A stretch of DNA of 63,885 bases, counting the filler, from Candidatus Fermentibacterota bacterium (GTDB lineage: Bacteria; JAFGKV01), in the NCBI GenBank assembly GCA_016928395.1. It is 9 parts of 9 records of this genome, joined end to end, with 100 filler letters (N's around TTAATTAATTAA, not from the genome) between each part and the next. Parts side by side here need not be neighbours in the genome. Positions count along the whole stretch, not along the records: positions 8,489 to 22,632 come from JAFGKV010000338.1; 8 more parts are not named here. One strand, given 5' to 3'. A model generated the notes under the pieces. It saw nothing but the letters and a program-made list of their open reading frames with translations, was not told the DNA's origin and did no database searches. The position numbers and the translations under genes were made by a program. Positions 8,983 to 18,447 of the stretch are shown here, in pieces. How positions within the stretch are numbered: position 1 is the first letter of the stretch; each line of letters starts with the position of its first letter.

Positions 8983-10086
8983 TCAGAGGCCTGGGGACTG
9001 GGGGCGGGGAATGGTGATGGTGAAGGTAGTTCCTTTGCCGGTTTCGGTGGAGAAGAGGATGGATCCGCCGTGCGCCTCGACAATGGTACGTGCGATGGCC
9101 ATACCCAGACCCGTGCCCTTGCGTTTGCCGTAGGTGACGAAGGGTTCGAATACGCGGGAACGGATGGGCTCCGGGATGCCCGGGCCTGAGTCGGCAATGT
9201 CGAATCTCACCATCGTGTCGTCTTCCAAGGAAGCGTGGATTGTTACGGACCCTTCCCCGTTGCCGAATGCTTCCACGGCATTGCTCAGAATGTTCTGGAA
9301 CACCCGCATGAATCGGGTTCGATCAATGTCGATCTCGGTGTCCGCGGAATGAAGCGTGAGTGTGACACGGCTGCGAGTGAGGAAATCCTCGTTGTATACC
9401 TGGAACTCATGCAGGAACTGCTCCACCGTCACTCGTTCCCTCTGAAGGTCGGTGGATCCGCGGGAATAGGCCAGGAGCTCCTCGGCCATGGCCACCATGC
9501 GATTCAGCTGGCCAAGAATGAGTGTGCAGTAGTGTTCGGTTGCCGGGTTCTCAGACGCCTGGTCGATCATCTCGATGCCAAGCTGGATGCTGGTTATGGG
9601 GTTCTTGAAGTCATGGATGATGGAGCTGGCCATCTCACCGACGACCTGCATGCGCTCCTTGTGGAGAACCTGCGCCATGAACCGGGCATTGGTGGTCCTC
9701 AGATAGTCTGACACCCGGTGGACGAAATGCAGACTCGCGGCGCTCGGCTCGGCCCTGAGAACCTCCATGAGCAGGGGGCCAGGAATGCGGGCCACGCAAG
9801 CCTCGGTCTTGGCACAGGCGGCTGCGCTGCGCCCCAGATTATCAATCACTCCCATCTCACCGAAGTACTCGCCGGAATGCACCTCGGCCAGTGTCTCGGT
9901 ATGCTCTCTCGCACGTTTGGTAAGGGCGATGGTGCCGGAGAGCACCAAGAATACGGCGTCCGGGGGGTCGTGCTCCTCGAAGAGGGTTTCTCCGGGCTCA
10001 TGGTGTGTCACGACCACCGAATCCATGAGCCGCTGGCGAGCCGGCTCGGTGAATGGGGAAAAGAAGGGGTTTTCCTCAAGCTGCAT
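8983..10086 (-). CDS. Cytoplasmic histidine kinase with N-terminal cyclic-nucleotide-binding domain
   Basis: cNMP domain GEYFGEMGVIDNLGRSAAA; H-box IIHDFKNP; N-box NILSNAVEA; DSGPGI; GTGLGM; no TM segment. Confidence 0.92.
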   Translation of the reverse strand: MQLEENPFFSPFTEPARQRLMDSVVVTHHEPGETLFEEHDPPDAVFLVLSGTIALTKRAREHTETLAEVHSGEYFGEMGVIDNLGRSAAACAKTEACVARIPGPLLMEVLRAEPSAASLHFVHRVSDYLRTTNARFMAQVLHKERMQVVGEMASSIIHDFKNPITSIQLGIEMIDQASENPATEHYCTLILGQLNRMVAMAEELLAYSRGSTDLQRERVTVEQFLHEFQVYNEDFLTRSRVTLTLHSADTEIDIDRTRFMRVFQNILSNAVEAFGNGEGSVTIHASLEDDTMVRFDIADSGPGIPEPIRSRVFEPFVTYGKRKGTGLGMAIARTIVEAHGGSILFSTETGKGTTFTITIPRPQSPGL

Positions 10087-10132
10087 TCGCCACCTCACCA
10101 GCGTGAAATGGGGTATCAGGGCTTTGTCTCAA

Positions 10133-11995
10133 CTATCCAGATGTCCTGGCGGCCATGGCTACCCAGCTTCGCGTATTCGCTGTGGTGAGTCGCGCCGCCA
10201 TCACCACCGGAACGCATGGTGGGACTTTAAACAACCTGCGCATGCTTCGCGAAAGGGTCTCGATAGTCCGCTCGGATGGGTCATCTGCCAGGGTCGGCAC
10301 CAGCACGACCACCGCCATCGCACAGGAATCGGGCAGGGCATCGATGAGCTTGCGCGCCTCGAGGACCCGCGGGCTCATGCTGTCAAGCACGACGAGGAAG
10401 ATGGGGGGCACATCGCCATCAAGCACTCGGGCCACCTCGTGGTCCTGCCGCCAGTCGGCGCTGGCGATGAGCAGCCATGACGGCGCGTCCCTTGACGCGC
10501 GAACCACGTAGGTCCACGCATCGCCTTGCGGAAGGTCCGCCGCGGTTTGACGGGATCCCGTCAGCATGTCGACGGTATCGATGGCCACGGCGGGGGAGGT
10601 GCCCAACACGATCACCGATTGCGCCTTGATGCCGGCCACGGCCAGAGCGGCATCGCGGGGAGTAGCGACGAGTCGCGTCAAAGGCGCCGCTGGCGTGAAT
10701 TCATCTCCCAGGAGGTCAATCGTCATGCGTGTATCGCGATCGTGGGATGTCGGTTCGCCGGTGAGCGATGGGTGAGTCTTGTCGGAGGGAGGGGGCGCGA
10801 CCGGCCCTTCCTTTGCCCCATATGTTCCATCGAAGGGCTCCTCATCGGGGCTGGTCAGGACCTCCGTTACGATGCTGTCGACTACATCCTTGGAGATTGT
10901 CGCGCCTGAGAGAGTCTTCATGGCGACCAGTCGCTTTGCCACGCCCTGAAGGGTTCGGAGGTCGCTTTCCAGTACCGAGGCCAGATGCGCGAGGATCTCA
11001 TCATCGATCGGCCAGTTGTTTCGTTGCGCCGTCGCGCGCAGAATGCTCGTGCGGAGAGTGGCATCCGGCTGATCGATACGTACGACCAGGCCCAACGCAA
11101 AAGAAGTACTGATCTCGGTAGTGATGGTATTGAGCTCTTCGGGACGGCGATCGCTGGAAATGACGATTTGATTGCCCTTGTCGTACATGACGGCGAGGAT
11201 GTCGGCGGCCACGGTCTGCATGCTGGGTGAGATGGCGAGGAATTGGATATCGTCAACCAGCATGACGTCGGCCTGGAGATACTGTTCCCGCAGCAGGGAA
11301 ACCTGTCGATCGCGATATGCATCCACTATCTGGGCGCTGAAGACTTCCGACGTCAGGTACAGAATCTTGACCCCGTTGCTCCGCCGGTAGACTTCGTTGG
11401 CCAGGGCGCACATGAGATGCGTCTTCCCCAGCCCAGGTCCGCCGTATAAGAACAACGGGTTGAAACGCTTTCCCGGGTCTTCCGACGCAGCCCGGCAGGC
11501 TTCGTAGGCGGAGCGGTTGCCGGTGCCGGGAACAAATGTATCGAACGTCAATTGGGCGAGATGCTCAAGGCCCCTTGCGGCGAAAGGACCCTGGGGCAAT
11601 GGGGCCCGCTGAGACCGGATCGTGTCGCGAAAACGGACCGTGCTGCGCACCCGGGCGACCAGTTCCTTGCCGCTGAAAGGCTTGGTCATGTAGTCGTTGG
11701 CGCCCAGGTCAAGGCCCTTGATCCTGTCCTCTTCCTCGCCCTTGGCGCTGAGGATGATCAGCGGTGTTCCGGCGATGAGAGGATCGGAACGCACCCTCTG
11801 AACGAGCTCGAACCCGTCCATCCTCGGCATCATGACGTCACTCAGCACCAGGTCAGGGTGCTCTCCCCGGATCACCTCAAGGGCCTCTACTCCGTCTCCG
11901 GCCTCCATGACGCTCATGCCTCCCTGAGCAAGCACGGCTTTGACCAACTCAAGCATCACGGGATCATCGTCAACGACCAGAATCCTCTCACTCAC
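10133..11995 (-). CDS. Response-regulator receiver fused to a DnaA domain III-like AAA+ ATPase and a C-terminal alpha/beta domain
   Basis: REC (VVDDD, LSDVMMP, KPF); TFDTFVPG, NPLFLYGGPGLGKTHL, LVDDIQFL, ISSDRRP, DLRTLQG; no DnaA domain I or IV. Confidence 0.88.
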   Translation of the reverse strand: MSERILVVDDDPVMLELVKAVLAQGGMSVMEAGDGVEALEVIRGEHPDLVLSDVMMPRMDGFELVQRVRSDPLIAGTPLIILSAKGEEEDRIKGLDLGANDYMTKPFSGKELVARVRSTVRFRDTIRSQRAPLPQGPFAARGLEHLAQLTFDTFVPGTGNRSAYEACRAASEDPGKRFNPLFLYGGPGLGKTHLMCALANEVYRRSNGVKILYLTSEVFSAQIVDAYRDRQVSLLREQYLQADVMLVDDIQFLAISPSMQTVAADILAVMYDKGNQIVISSDRRPEELNTITTEISTSFALGLVVRIDQPDATLRTSILRATAQRNNWPIDDEILAHLASVLESDLRTLQGVAKRLVAMKTLSGATISKDVVDSIVTEVLTSPDEEPFDGTYGAKEGPVAPPPSDKTHPSLTGEPTSHDRDTRMTIDLLGDEFTPAAPLTRLVATPRDAALAVAGIKAQSVIVLGTSPAVAIDTVDMLTGSRQTAADLPQGDAWTYVVRASRDAPSWLLIASADWRQDHEVARVLDGDVPPIFLVVLDSMSPRVLEARKLIDALPDSCAMAVVVLVPTLADDPSERTIETLSRSMRRLFKVPPCVPVVMAARLTTANTRSWVAMAARTSG

Positions 11996-12126
11996 AGTAC
12001 CCCTCCTCGTGCGATATTCTCAGCATACACCCTGGGGCCGCGCACTGGCAGGACAATTCGTCACCCATGGGCGGTCTGATCGACGGTCGACGAAACCCGG
12101 CGGTCGGCCTCTGCCTCCGCGTACGC

Positions 12127-12930
12127 CTACGTCTTCTCACCACGGTCCTGCATCACCGCGAAAATTTCCCTTACATCGCTCAACAGGGCAGCGAAGCGGT
12201 TGAAATCCAGAGATTGCAGCCCATCGGACAGGGCCTTGGCAGGGTTCGGGTGAACCTCGACCATCAACCCGTCGGCGCCGGCGGCGATGGCGGCACGAGC
12301 CATTGGTATCACAATGTCCGATCGGCCGGTGCCATGCGATGGATCTACGATGATGGGCAGGTCTGTCGCTATCCGCGCGATGGGAACAACGTTCAGATCC
12401 AGTGTATTCCGCGTCGCGCTTTCGAAGGTGCGAATACCACGTTCGCAGAGGATCACGGCATCATTGCCCTCGCGCCTCAGATACTCGGCCGCAAGGAAAA
12501 ACTCGTGGCTGTCGGCCATGAATCCTCGTTTCAGCAGCACCGGATTTGGCTGCGTTCCAAGACGCTTGAGAAGGGCATAATTGTCCATATTGCGGGTGCC
12601 GATCTGAAGAATCGCCGCCACGGACGAGAGGAGCGGGATCTGCTCGGCCTCCATGACCTCGCTCACCAAGAACACGCCGTGTCTTTCTCCTACGGCACGC
12701 ACCATGTCGACACCGTCCAGTCCGAGACCCTGGAAGGTGAATGGAGACGTCCGTGGCTTAAACACTCCAGCTCGGACCAGACGGATTCCGTGCTCGACCA
12801 GCATCGCCACGATCTCGTCGAACATCGACTCGCTCTCCACGGCGCACGGGCCCGCGATTATGAGGGGTTCACGTTCGGCTATGCGAAAGGATGCCTTCAA
12901 CTTCGACAGTGCGGGAGATGGCCGTCTCAT
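12127..12930 (-). CDS. aroF: DAHP synthase, type I-beta, without N-terminal regulatory domain
   Basis: IAGPCAVES, FKPRTSP, QIGTRNM, LLKRG, CERGIRTFE, DPSHGTG, EVHPNP..ALSDG; ATGA overlap with the upstream gene. Confidence 0.95.
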   Translation of the reverse strand: MRRPSPALSKLKASFRIAEREPLIIAGPCAVESESMFDEIVAMLVEHGIRLVRAGVFKPRTSPFTFQGLGLDGVDMVRAVGERHGVFLVSEVMEAEQIPLLSSVAAILQIGTRNMDNYALLKRLGTQPNPVLLKRGFMADSHEFFLAAEYLRREGNDAVILCERGIRTFESATRNTLDLNVVPIARIATDLPIIVDPSHGTGRSDIVIPMARAAIAAGADGLMVEVHPNPAKALSDGLQSLDFNRFAALLSDVREIFAVMQDRGEKT

Positions 12931-14702
12931 GTTCGCCTGCAGTGGTCGATGATGCACGTGAAGATCTCGCGAACTGAGTCATCGAAGAGCGGGCCGGTAT
13001 TGCTCCCAACCATCCTCTGTAGTACGGCTTCGTCCGCCGACAGAGGAGTCTCGTCACTCCGGGACGTCGAGGCGATCGACGATGCCCGTGTGTTGATCAA
13101 ACCGAGTAGGGCCTTGTCGATGGCATCGATGCCCATGGAAGGGAACCTGCCGGATGCGAGCGCTGACTTGTCGATTCTGCCATCCGGCATCCGAGGCAAT
13201 GCGGTCAAGATGTGAATCTGGGGAAGGTCGGATCTGAAGAACCGGCGAAGGCGTTCCACCATGGATGTGACGGAGAGGGGGCCCTCACCGTGCTCCACAT
13301 AGATTGTCGGAAGAGAGGGCTCGGTTTCGGTGATGATCGCGGCCGAGTCGGCAACTCCCGGTACCCGAGCCAGCGCGTTCTCCAGCCTCACCAAAGAGAT
13401 CGGTCGACCTTCGCGGAGGACAGCTTCACCAGGCCTACCGGCCAGGCGAAGACCGCCGTCGGCGGTTAACCGCGCCAGGTCGCCGGTGGCAAACCACCCC
13501 TCGGGCCCGCGCGCAGGCTGTTTGTCGAAATACGCGAGGCTCACGGCCTCGCCTCGAAGCAGCAATTCACCCTCTCTGCCGCCGCCATTTGATCGTAGCG
13601 ACGCTTCGTAGCCGGGGCAGGGAAGGCCGCATACGTCAAGGGTATCGGGAGTGATGGGTCCCATGAGGGCGATGCCCGACGTTTCCGCCGACCCCCACGC
13701 GTTCATCAGCCGCAATCCCGCCGCGGCCAAGCGGGAGATGAGACGCGGCTTGGCATAATCACCCACCAGAACAACGCCACTGACACCGCCCAGAGCTTCG
13801 GTGACGCGATCTCCGAACGGGAGCACTCCTTCCAGTACGCGGGGGGAGGCGATGACCCAGGTGGGGGAGTGCCTGTACAGAAGGGCGAGAATGGTCCGCG
13901 GATACGGGAAGTCTACCGCCACCGTCGTACATCCCGTAACTAGGCCTTTGCCCACAAGCTCGTGCGGGTGCTGCCACGCGGGAAACAGACATGCGACCGA
14001 ATCGTCTCCTCCCAGGCCCAGCACCTGGGCGGTGCCCGAGGCATTGCCCAGCACCATCGCGTGGGTGAGCACCGCGCCCCGAGGAAAAGCAGTCGCGCCG
14101 CCCCGGGTAAAGTCCACGGTCACCGGGCTGTTCTCAGCCGCAGACGAGGGCCAGGGACCCCCTGAGCGCGGTGTAGCCCGTTCACGCGAACTCCACGACA
14201 AGATCTTCCCCGCGCGTACAACTCTGGGAACCTCCAAACGGCCATCGGTGATAAGCACCGAGGCTCGAGAGGATACCTCGCGCAAGAACGCGCGCTGCCA
14301 TCGCGGGTTGAGCGGCATCTGCACCGCCTCGACCATGCCCGCAGCGCAGAGGCTGATCACATGGAAGGGTGCTGAAGTACCCCAGACAGCCACGGTAGAG
14401 CCCGGCCTCACGCCGGCGTCCACGAGGGCCTCGGTCATAGCCAGGGTTTGGAGGAAGAGATCCTCCCACGTGAACACCTCGCCATCCCACAGCAGGGCGG
14501 CATGTCTCGGCCGTCTGCGCGCAAGCCTGGCCAGGGCGTGATGAATTGTTCCGCTTGTGTACTGAGGTATGTTCAATCGAGGCTCCTTGTCTTCCTCTAC
14601 CGTGGCACGTTTCTCACCGCACTGCGGGGTTCGCTGCGCTGCCGTACTTCCTGTCTCGCCCGTCGTCATTTCCGAGGTGTTCCCTGAAGGCGAAATGAAC
14701 AC
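12927..14702 (-). CDS. AMP-binding (ANL) ligase-like protein fused to a C-terminal AroQ chorismate mutase-like domain
   Basis: NAWGSAETSG, GELLLRG, WFATGDLA, LPRMPDGRID; C-terminus IDAIDKALLGLINTRA...NTGPLFDDSVREIF; start uncertain between 14669 and 14702. Confidence 0.8.
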   Translation of the reverse strand: MFISPSGNTSEMTTGETGSTAAQRTPQCGEKRATVEEDKEPRLNIPQYTSGTIHHALARLARRRPRHAALLWDGEVFTWEDLFLQTLAMTEALVDAGVRPGSTVAVWGTSAPFHVISLCAAGMVEAVQMPLNPRWQRAFLREVSSRASVLITDGRLEVPRVVRAGKILSWSSRERATPRSGGPWPSSAAENSPVTVDFTRGGATAFPRGAVLTHAMVLGNASGTAQVLGLGGDDSVACLFPAWQHPHELVGKGLVTGCTTVAVDFPYPRTILALLYRHSPTWVIASPRVLEGVLPFGDRVTEALGGVSGVVLVGDYAKPRLISRLAAAGLRLMNAWGSAETSGIALMGPITPDTLDVCGLPCPGYEASLRSNGGGREGELLLRGEAVSLAYFDKQPARGPEGWFATGDLARLTADGGLRLAGRPGEAVLREGRPISLVRLENALARVPGVADSAAIITETEPSLPTIYVEHGEGPLSVTSMVERLRRFFRSDLPQIHILTALPRMPDGRIDKSALASGRFPSMGIDAIDKALLGLINTRASSIASTSRSDETPLSADEAVLQRMVGSNTGPLFDDSVREIFTCIIDHCRRT

Positions 14703-14746
14703 CTCCTGGTACGGCCACTACCGCCTCGGTGGTCAGCCCCACACCA

Positions 14747-17017
14747 TTAACGCTGGCTCCAGAGTGCCGGCATGCTTCGGAGTATGATCACCATATCCAG
14801 CAGCAGCGACCGATTCCTGAGATAGAAGAAATCATGCTCTACGTCAGATCCTACTCCAACATCGCCGGCTCTGCCCACGAGCCACATTCCGGTGAGGCCA
14901 GGACGGACTTCCAGCAGCAGTCGTTCCCAATACGGCGCATGGGCCATCCTCTCCGGGGGCTCACCTCTGGGGCCCACCAGGCTCATGTCTCCCCGAACCA
15001 CCCCCAATAGCCTCGGCACTCGGTCGAGGCCACTGCGACGAATACACCGATCAAGGAAACACATTCGGTCTGGCATGGCGAGTCTGGTGGTGGTGAAAGA
15101 GCGCCCTCCTCTCCCGATTCGTCTCTCGCAGACAAAAAGCGGCCGCCTCCCACGGAGTGCCGATGCGACTGTGTACAGGAGAAGTACCGGCGCGGTGGCG
15201 GCAAGGCCGAACAGCGCGACCGCGCGGTCGAAGATCGTCTTGATCGCCCCCTGGATGTATCCGAAACGGGGTCTGCTTAAGTCCAACACCGATAGACTGG
15301 TCAATGAGGTGACCTGTCTGCTGGCCGCGTCCATGGGTCCGGGGTTCGATACCGCTTTGCACGAGACTCCCGATGCGTCACACGCCAATGCCGCAGCCAT
15401 GGTCTCCACGGGAGAAAGCGTTGGATCGGCGATCAGCACTTCATCGACTGCCAGTGAGAGAGCAAGCGCAGGCATGCTCTCCGGCCTGCCAACCCAGGGG
15501 ATTGTCGAAGGCCTTGTCTTTGAAGGAGGATCGCGACTCACGAACCCTACGGGAGTATACCCCAGAGACGGATAGCGAAGCATTCTGTCCACCAGCGAGA
15601 ACGCAGTCTCCCCACCGCCGACCACCAGGCAGCGGGACGAGCGATACCCTTCCTGCAGCAGGCGGCGCTGCAGCGCGCGCACAAGCGATCTGAAGAAGAC
15701 TATGAGGGGCACGACCATGACGAAGAGCAAGAGCACAAGCACTCTGCTATAGTCGAATTTGGCTAGGAAAGACAGTGCCATGATCACCAGTAGCGAGAAG
15801 ACAGAACCGCGGGTAACCCGGATGAACTCAACAAAGGGAGTGGTATGTACGCGCACCGCATAGAGATTGAGATAGGAAAACGCTCCCAACCACAGACACA
15901 CGACGATCGGGAGCGGCCTGAGGTAGACGTCGATTCCGTGGGCAAACGGAGTCAGGGCATTGGCCACCACCCGTGTGCGAATGAGGAATGCTGCCAGAAA
16001 GGCCCCGACCACGGCAAAGGTGTCAGCGAGCACCAAGAGCGCAGGCACCAAAAGGTCCTTTTCCCGATGGGCCAAAGCTCCCGCCGCTCCGCCTGCGCCA
16101 AGGGCCAATGACCGGCCCAACGCGAGGGGGAAAAACATTGGCATGATGGCTGGGTCGGTGCGCAGCATGGAGGTCATGAGCGGCACCGTTGTTGCCACGA
16201 GCACTGCGAATGCCGCCACGGGAATCTGCCACGGCAGCACCCCCACGACCGCGATCAATGCCAGGAGCAGGCAGAGGGGCGCCAAGGCGGCCTGCACCTT
16301 CAGGAGTTGCGGGGTATAGCTATCTGCCAGAAGCTTGGCTGGATGCCGACGGTACACCATTGCCCGCCAATAGGCGCGGAGGAATTTGGTGCGGAGGTAT
16401 TTCGTCAGGGATTGCGGATGCCTGTGGTAGACTACCGCGTCCGGGGCGAATACCATGCGCGCTCCCCGGGCGGCCAGCTTGTACGAGAGATCGACATCTT
16501 CGTTGTTGGCCTTGGGAAATCGGAGATCAAAGCCTCCTGCTTCGCGGAAGGCTTGGGCTCGGATTGCCGCGGAATAGGTGTCGACGAAGTCGATGAACCG
16601 GTATCCCAAGAGCCGGCGGTATCGCTCCTCGAATTCCACCTGGGCGAACCGGGCCGCGATGGACCGCTGGCGCGTCTTGTAGGCGCCCTTCACCGCGATG
16701 ACCGCAGGGTCCGCCATGGGCGCCGTCAACTGGTCGAGCCACTGGGAATGCGGTTCGCAATCGCTATCGGTGAACACAAGCACATCGCCGCGAGCAGCCT
16801 CCGCTCCGTGGTTCCGCGCTGCAGCCGGCCCCGAGCGGGTCTGCGAGAGAACCCGATCGGCCAGACTCGCGGCAATGGTGGCGGTGGCATCGGTGGAACC
16901 ATCGTCAACTACGATGATCTCGAAGGAATCCCGCGGAACCGTCTGGTTATGAACGGCGCGCAAGGCACGCTCTATGGTGTCCTCGGCATTGTAGGCAGGT
17001 ATGATGACGCTGATCAT
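14747..17017 (-). CDS. GT2 glycosyltransferase fused to a WcaJ-like polyprenyl-phosphate phosphoglycosyltransferase
   Basis: ISVIIPAYN, VVDDGSTD, FTDSDC, NEDVDL; TM bundle, Rossmann-like LVVGGG, GDMSLVGPR, VRPGLTG, YLRNRSLLLD. Confidence 0.88.
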   Translation of the reverse strand: MISVIIPAYNAEDTIERALRAVHNQTVPRDSFEIIVVDDGSTDATATIAASLADRVLSQTRSGPAAARNHGAEAARGDVLVFTDSDCEPHSQWLDQLTAPMADPAVIAVKGAYKTRQRSIAARFAQVEFEERYRRLLGYRFIDFVDTYSAAIRAQAFREAGGFDLRFPKANNEDVDLSYKLAARGARMVFAPDAVVYHRHPQSLTKYLRTKFLRAYWRAMVYRRHPAKLLADSYTPQLLKVQAALAPLCLLLALIAVVGVLPWQIPVAAFAVLVATTVPLMTSMLRTDPAIMPMFFPLALGRSLALGAGGAAGALAHREKDLLVPALLVLADTFAVVGAFLAAFLIRTRVVANALTPFAHGIDVYLRPLPIVVCLWLGAFSYLNLYAVRVHTTPFVEFIRVTRGSVFSLLVIMALSFLAKFDYSRVLVLLLFVMVVPLIVFFRSLVRALQRRLLQEGYRSSRCLVVGGGETAFSLVDRMLRYPSLGYTPVGFVSRDPPSKTRPSTIPWVGRPESMPALALSLAVDEVLIADPTLSPVETMAAALACDASGVSCKAVSNPGPMDAASRQVTSLTSLSVLDLSRPRFGYIQGAIKTIFDRAVALFGLAATAPVLLLYTVASALRGRRPLFVCERRIGRGGRSFTTTRLAMPDRMCFLDRCIRRSGLDRVPRLLGVVRGDMSLVGPRGEPPERMAHAPYWERLLLEVRPGLTGMWLVGRAGDVGVGSDVEHDFFYLRNRSLLLDMVIILRSMPALWSQR

Positions 17018-18444
17018 GGGCGGAGCAGATGCCTCCAGAACGACCGGGTCGCCCGGAGGATTCGGGCACGCTCGCCGCCGTCAGTCACTACCCTTGCAGA
17101 TGACCGCAGGATGAACCGCGGGCGAAGGTAGAACCGACGTCGCGCATACGAACAGAATCGGGCTACATCCTCTGGCTCAAGTGAGCCCGTACGCGCCACT
17201 GCGGTGTGATGCCCCTGGGGGCTTAACCAATGGCTGAATTCATCTGAGACCAAGAGTCCCGCATCCCGCACCTCATCGTAGGCAGGGCTTCCCGGGTAGA
17301 CCATCAGGGGGTAGAATTGCGCCGTGTCCGGGTCAAGCTCGATGGCCAGCCCCAGGGTCTGTTCCATGGTCAAAGCGGTCTCGCCCGGCATACCTACGAC
17401 GAAGCACCCATGTACTTTGATGCCCGCGGACCGGGCATCGCTCATGAACCGACGCGCCCTGTCAACCTCGAGATGCTTCCCCATGCGGCGAAGCATCTCC
17501 GATGCACCGCTTTCAAAACCGACACACAGGCATCGGGCATGGGCGCGCTTCATGAGCCTCAGGGTCTCGCCATCCACATCGGCCCTGGCATTGGCGGTCC
17601 AACTGAGCCGGACGTCGCGGCGAATGATCTCTTCGCAGAGCGCATGCACATGGTCACGGCGCGCGGTCAGGGTATCATCCTCAAAGAACACCGCTTTAAC
17701 CCCGGGAAACAGCCGGACTATCTCCTCCATCTCATCGACGACGAGGCGGACATCTCTGCATCTCTGACGAAGACCAGTCATGGTGTACGGATACACGCAG
17801 AATGTGCAGCCATAGGGACAACCTCGGCTCGAAACTATTGTCACCATTGGGTAAAGAGCGTTTGGATTAAAGTAATCTCTGAAGTGCAGAAACCGGGCGT
17901 ATGTCCGAGATACCGGAGGAAGACCATCGAGATCCTCCAAGGGAGGACGGGGCGGATTATGGATCACCGCATCGTCGTCCTTCCAACTCAGGCCCGCAAC
18001 CGAATTCAGATCCTTGCGCCCTTCCAGGGCATCAGCAACGTCTGCCACTGTTTCATCGTACTCCCCGCGGGCTACTGAGTGGGCTGAGGATGACCGCAGG
18101 GTGTCCTCAGGGAGCGCGGTGACGTGTGGGCCTACGAGGCATACGTGGCAGCCGGCCCATCGTTCCGCCATGCGTGATGCGGTCTTCAGGTCGGCGGCAA
18201 TGCTGGGCGTCGACGTCTCCATGATCACCACGTGGGGCGGTGTCAGCCCGAGGATATCCTCGATACCGAGCCCGGCGGCCGGGGCATCGACCAGTTGCAC
18301 CCGGTGCCCTCGCGCCTCGGCGACGCCGGCGGCATAGGCCAACCACATGGGATAGTAGAGGGTACCACTCCTTGTCACCGCTGGGCTGCGCTGTGACCGG
18401 GAGTACTTCGGGAGATACGGAGGATTGAGAAACAGGATATCCAC
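17014..18444 (-). CDS. B12-binding radical SAM protein (HpnJ-like)
   Basis: YYPMWLAYAAG, GPHVT..P, RGEYD, SRGCPYGCTFC, FFEDDTL, GFESG. Confidence 0.88.
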   Translation of the reverse strand: MDILFLNPPYLPKYSRSQRSPAVTRSGTLYYPMWLAYAAGVAEARGHRVQLVDAPAAGLGIEDILGLTPPHVVIMETSTPSIAADLKTASRMAERWAGCHVCLVGPHVTALPEDTLRSSSAHSVARGEYDETVADVADALEGRKDLNSVAGLSWKDDDAVIHNPPRPPLEDLDGLPPVSRTYARFLHFRDYFNPNALYPMVTIVSSRGCPYGCTFCVYPYTMTGLRQRCRDVRLVVDEMEEIVRLFPGVKAVFFEDDTLTARRDHVHALCEEIIRRDVRLSWTANARADVDGETLRLMKRAHARCLCVGFESGASEMLRRMGKHLEVDRARRFMSDARSAGIKVHGCFVVGMPGETALTMEQTLGLAIELDPDTAQFYPLMVYPGSPAYDEVRDAGLLVSDEFSHWLSPQGHHTAVARTGSLEPEDVARFCSYARRRFYLRPRFILRSSARVVTDGGERARILRATRSFWRHLLRP

Positions 18445-18447
18445 AGG

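Noticed and set aside
10133-11995. Calling this gene dnaA or hda, with a nearby oriC
   Set aside because: No domain IV, no box VII arginines, no clamp-binding motif, no dnaN neighbour and no DnaA-box cluster seen.
12127-12930. KDO8P synthase (kdsA), given the LPS-like context
   Set aside because: The substrate motif is KPRTS, the DAHP synthase type, not KANRS.
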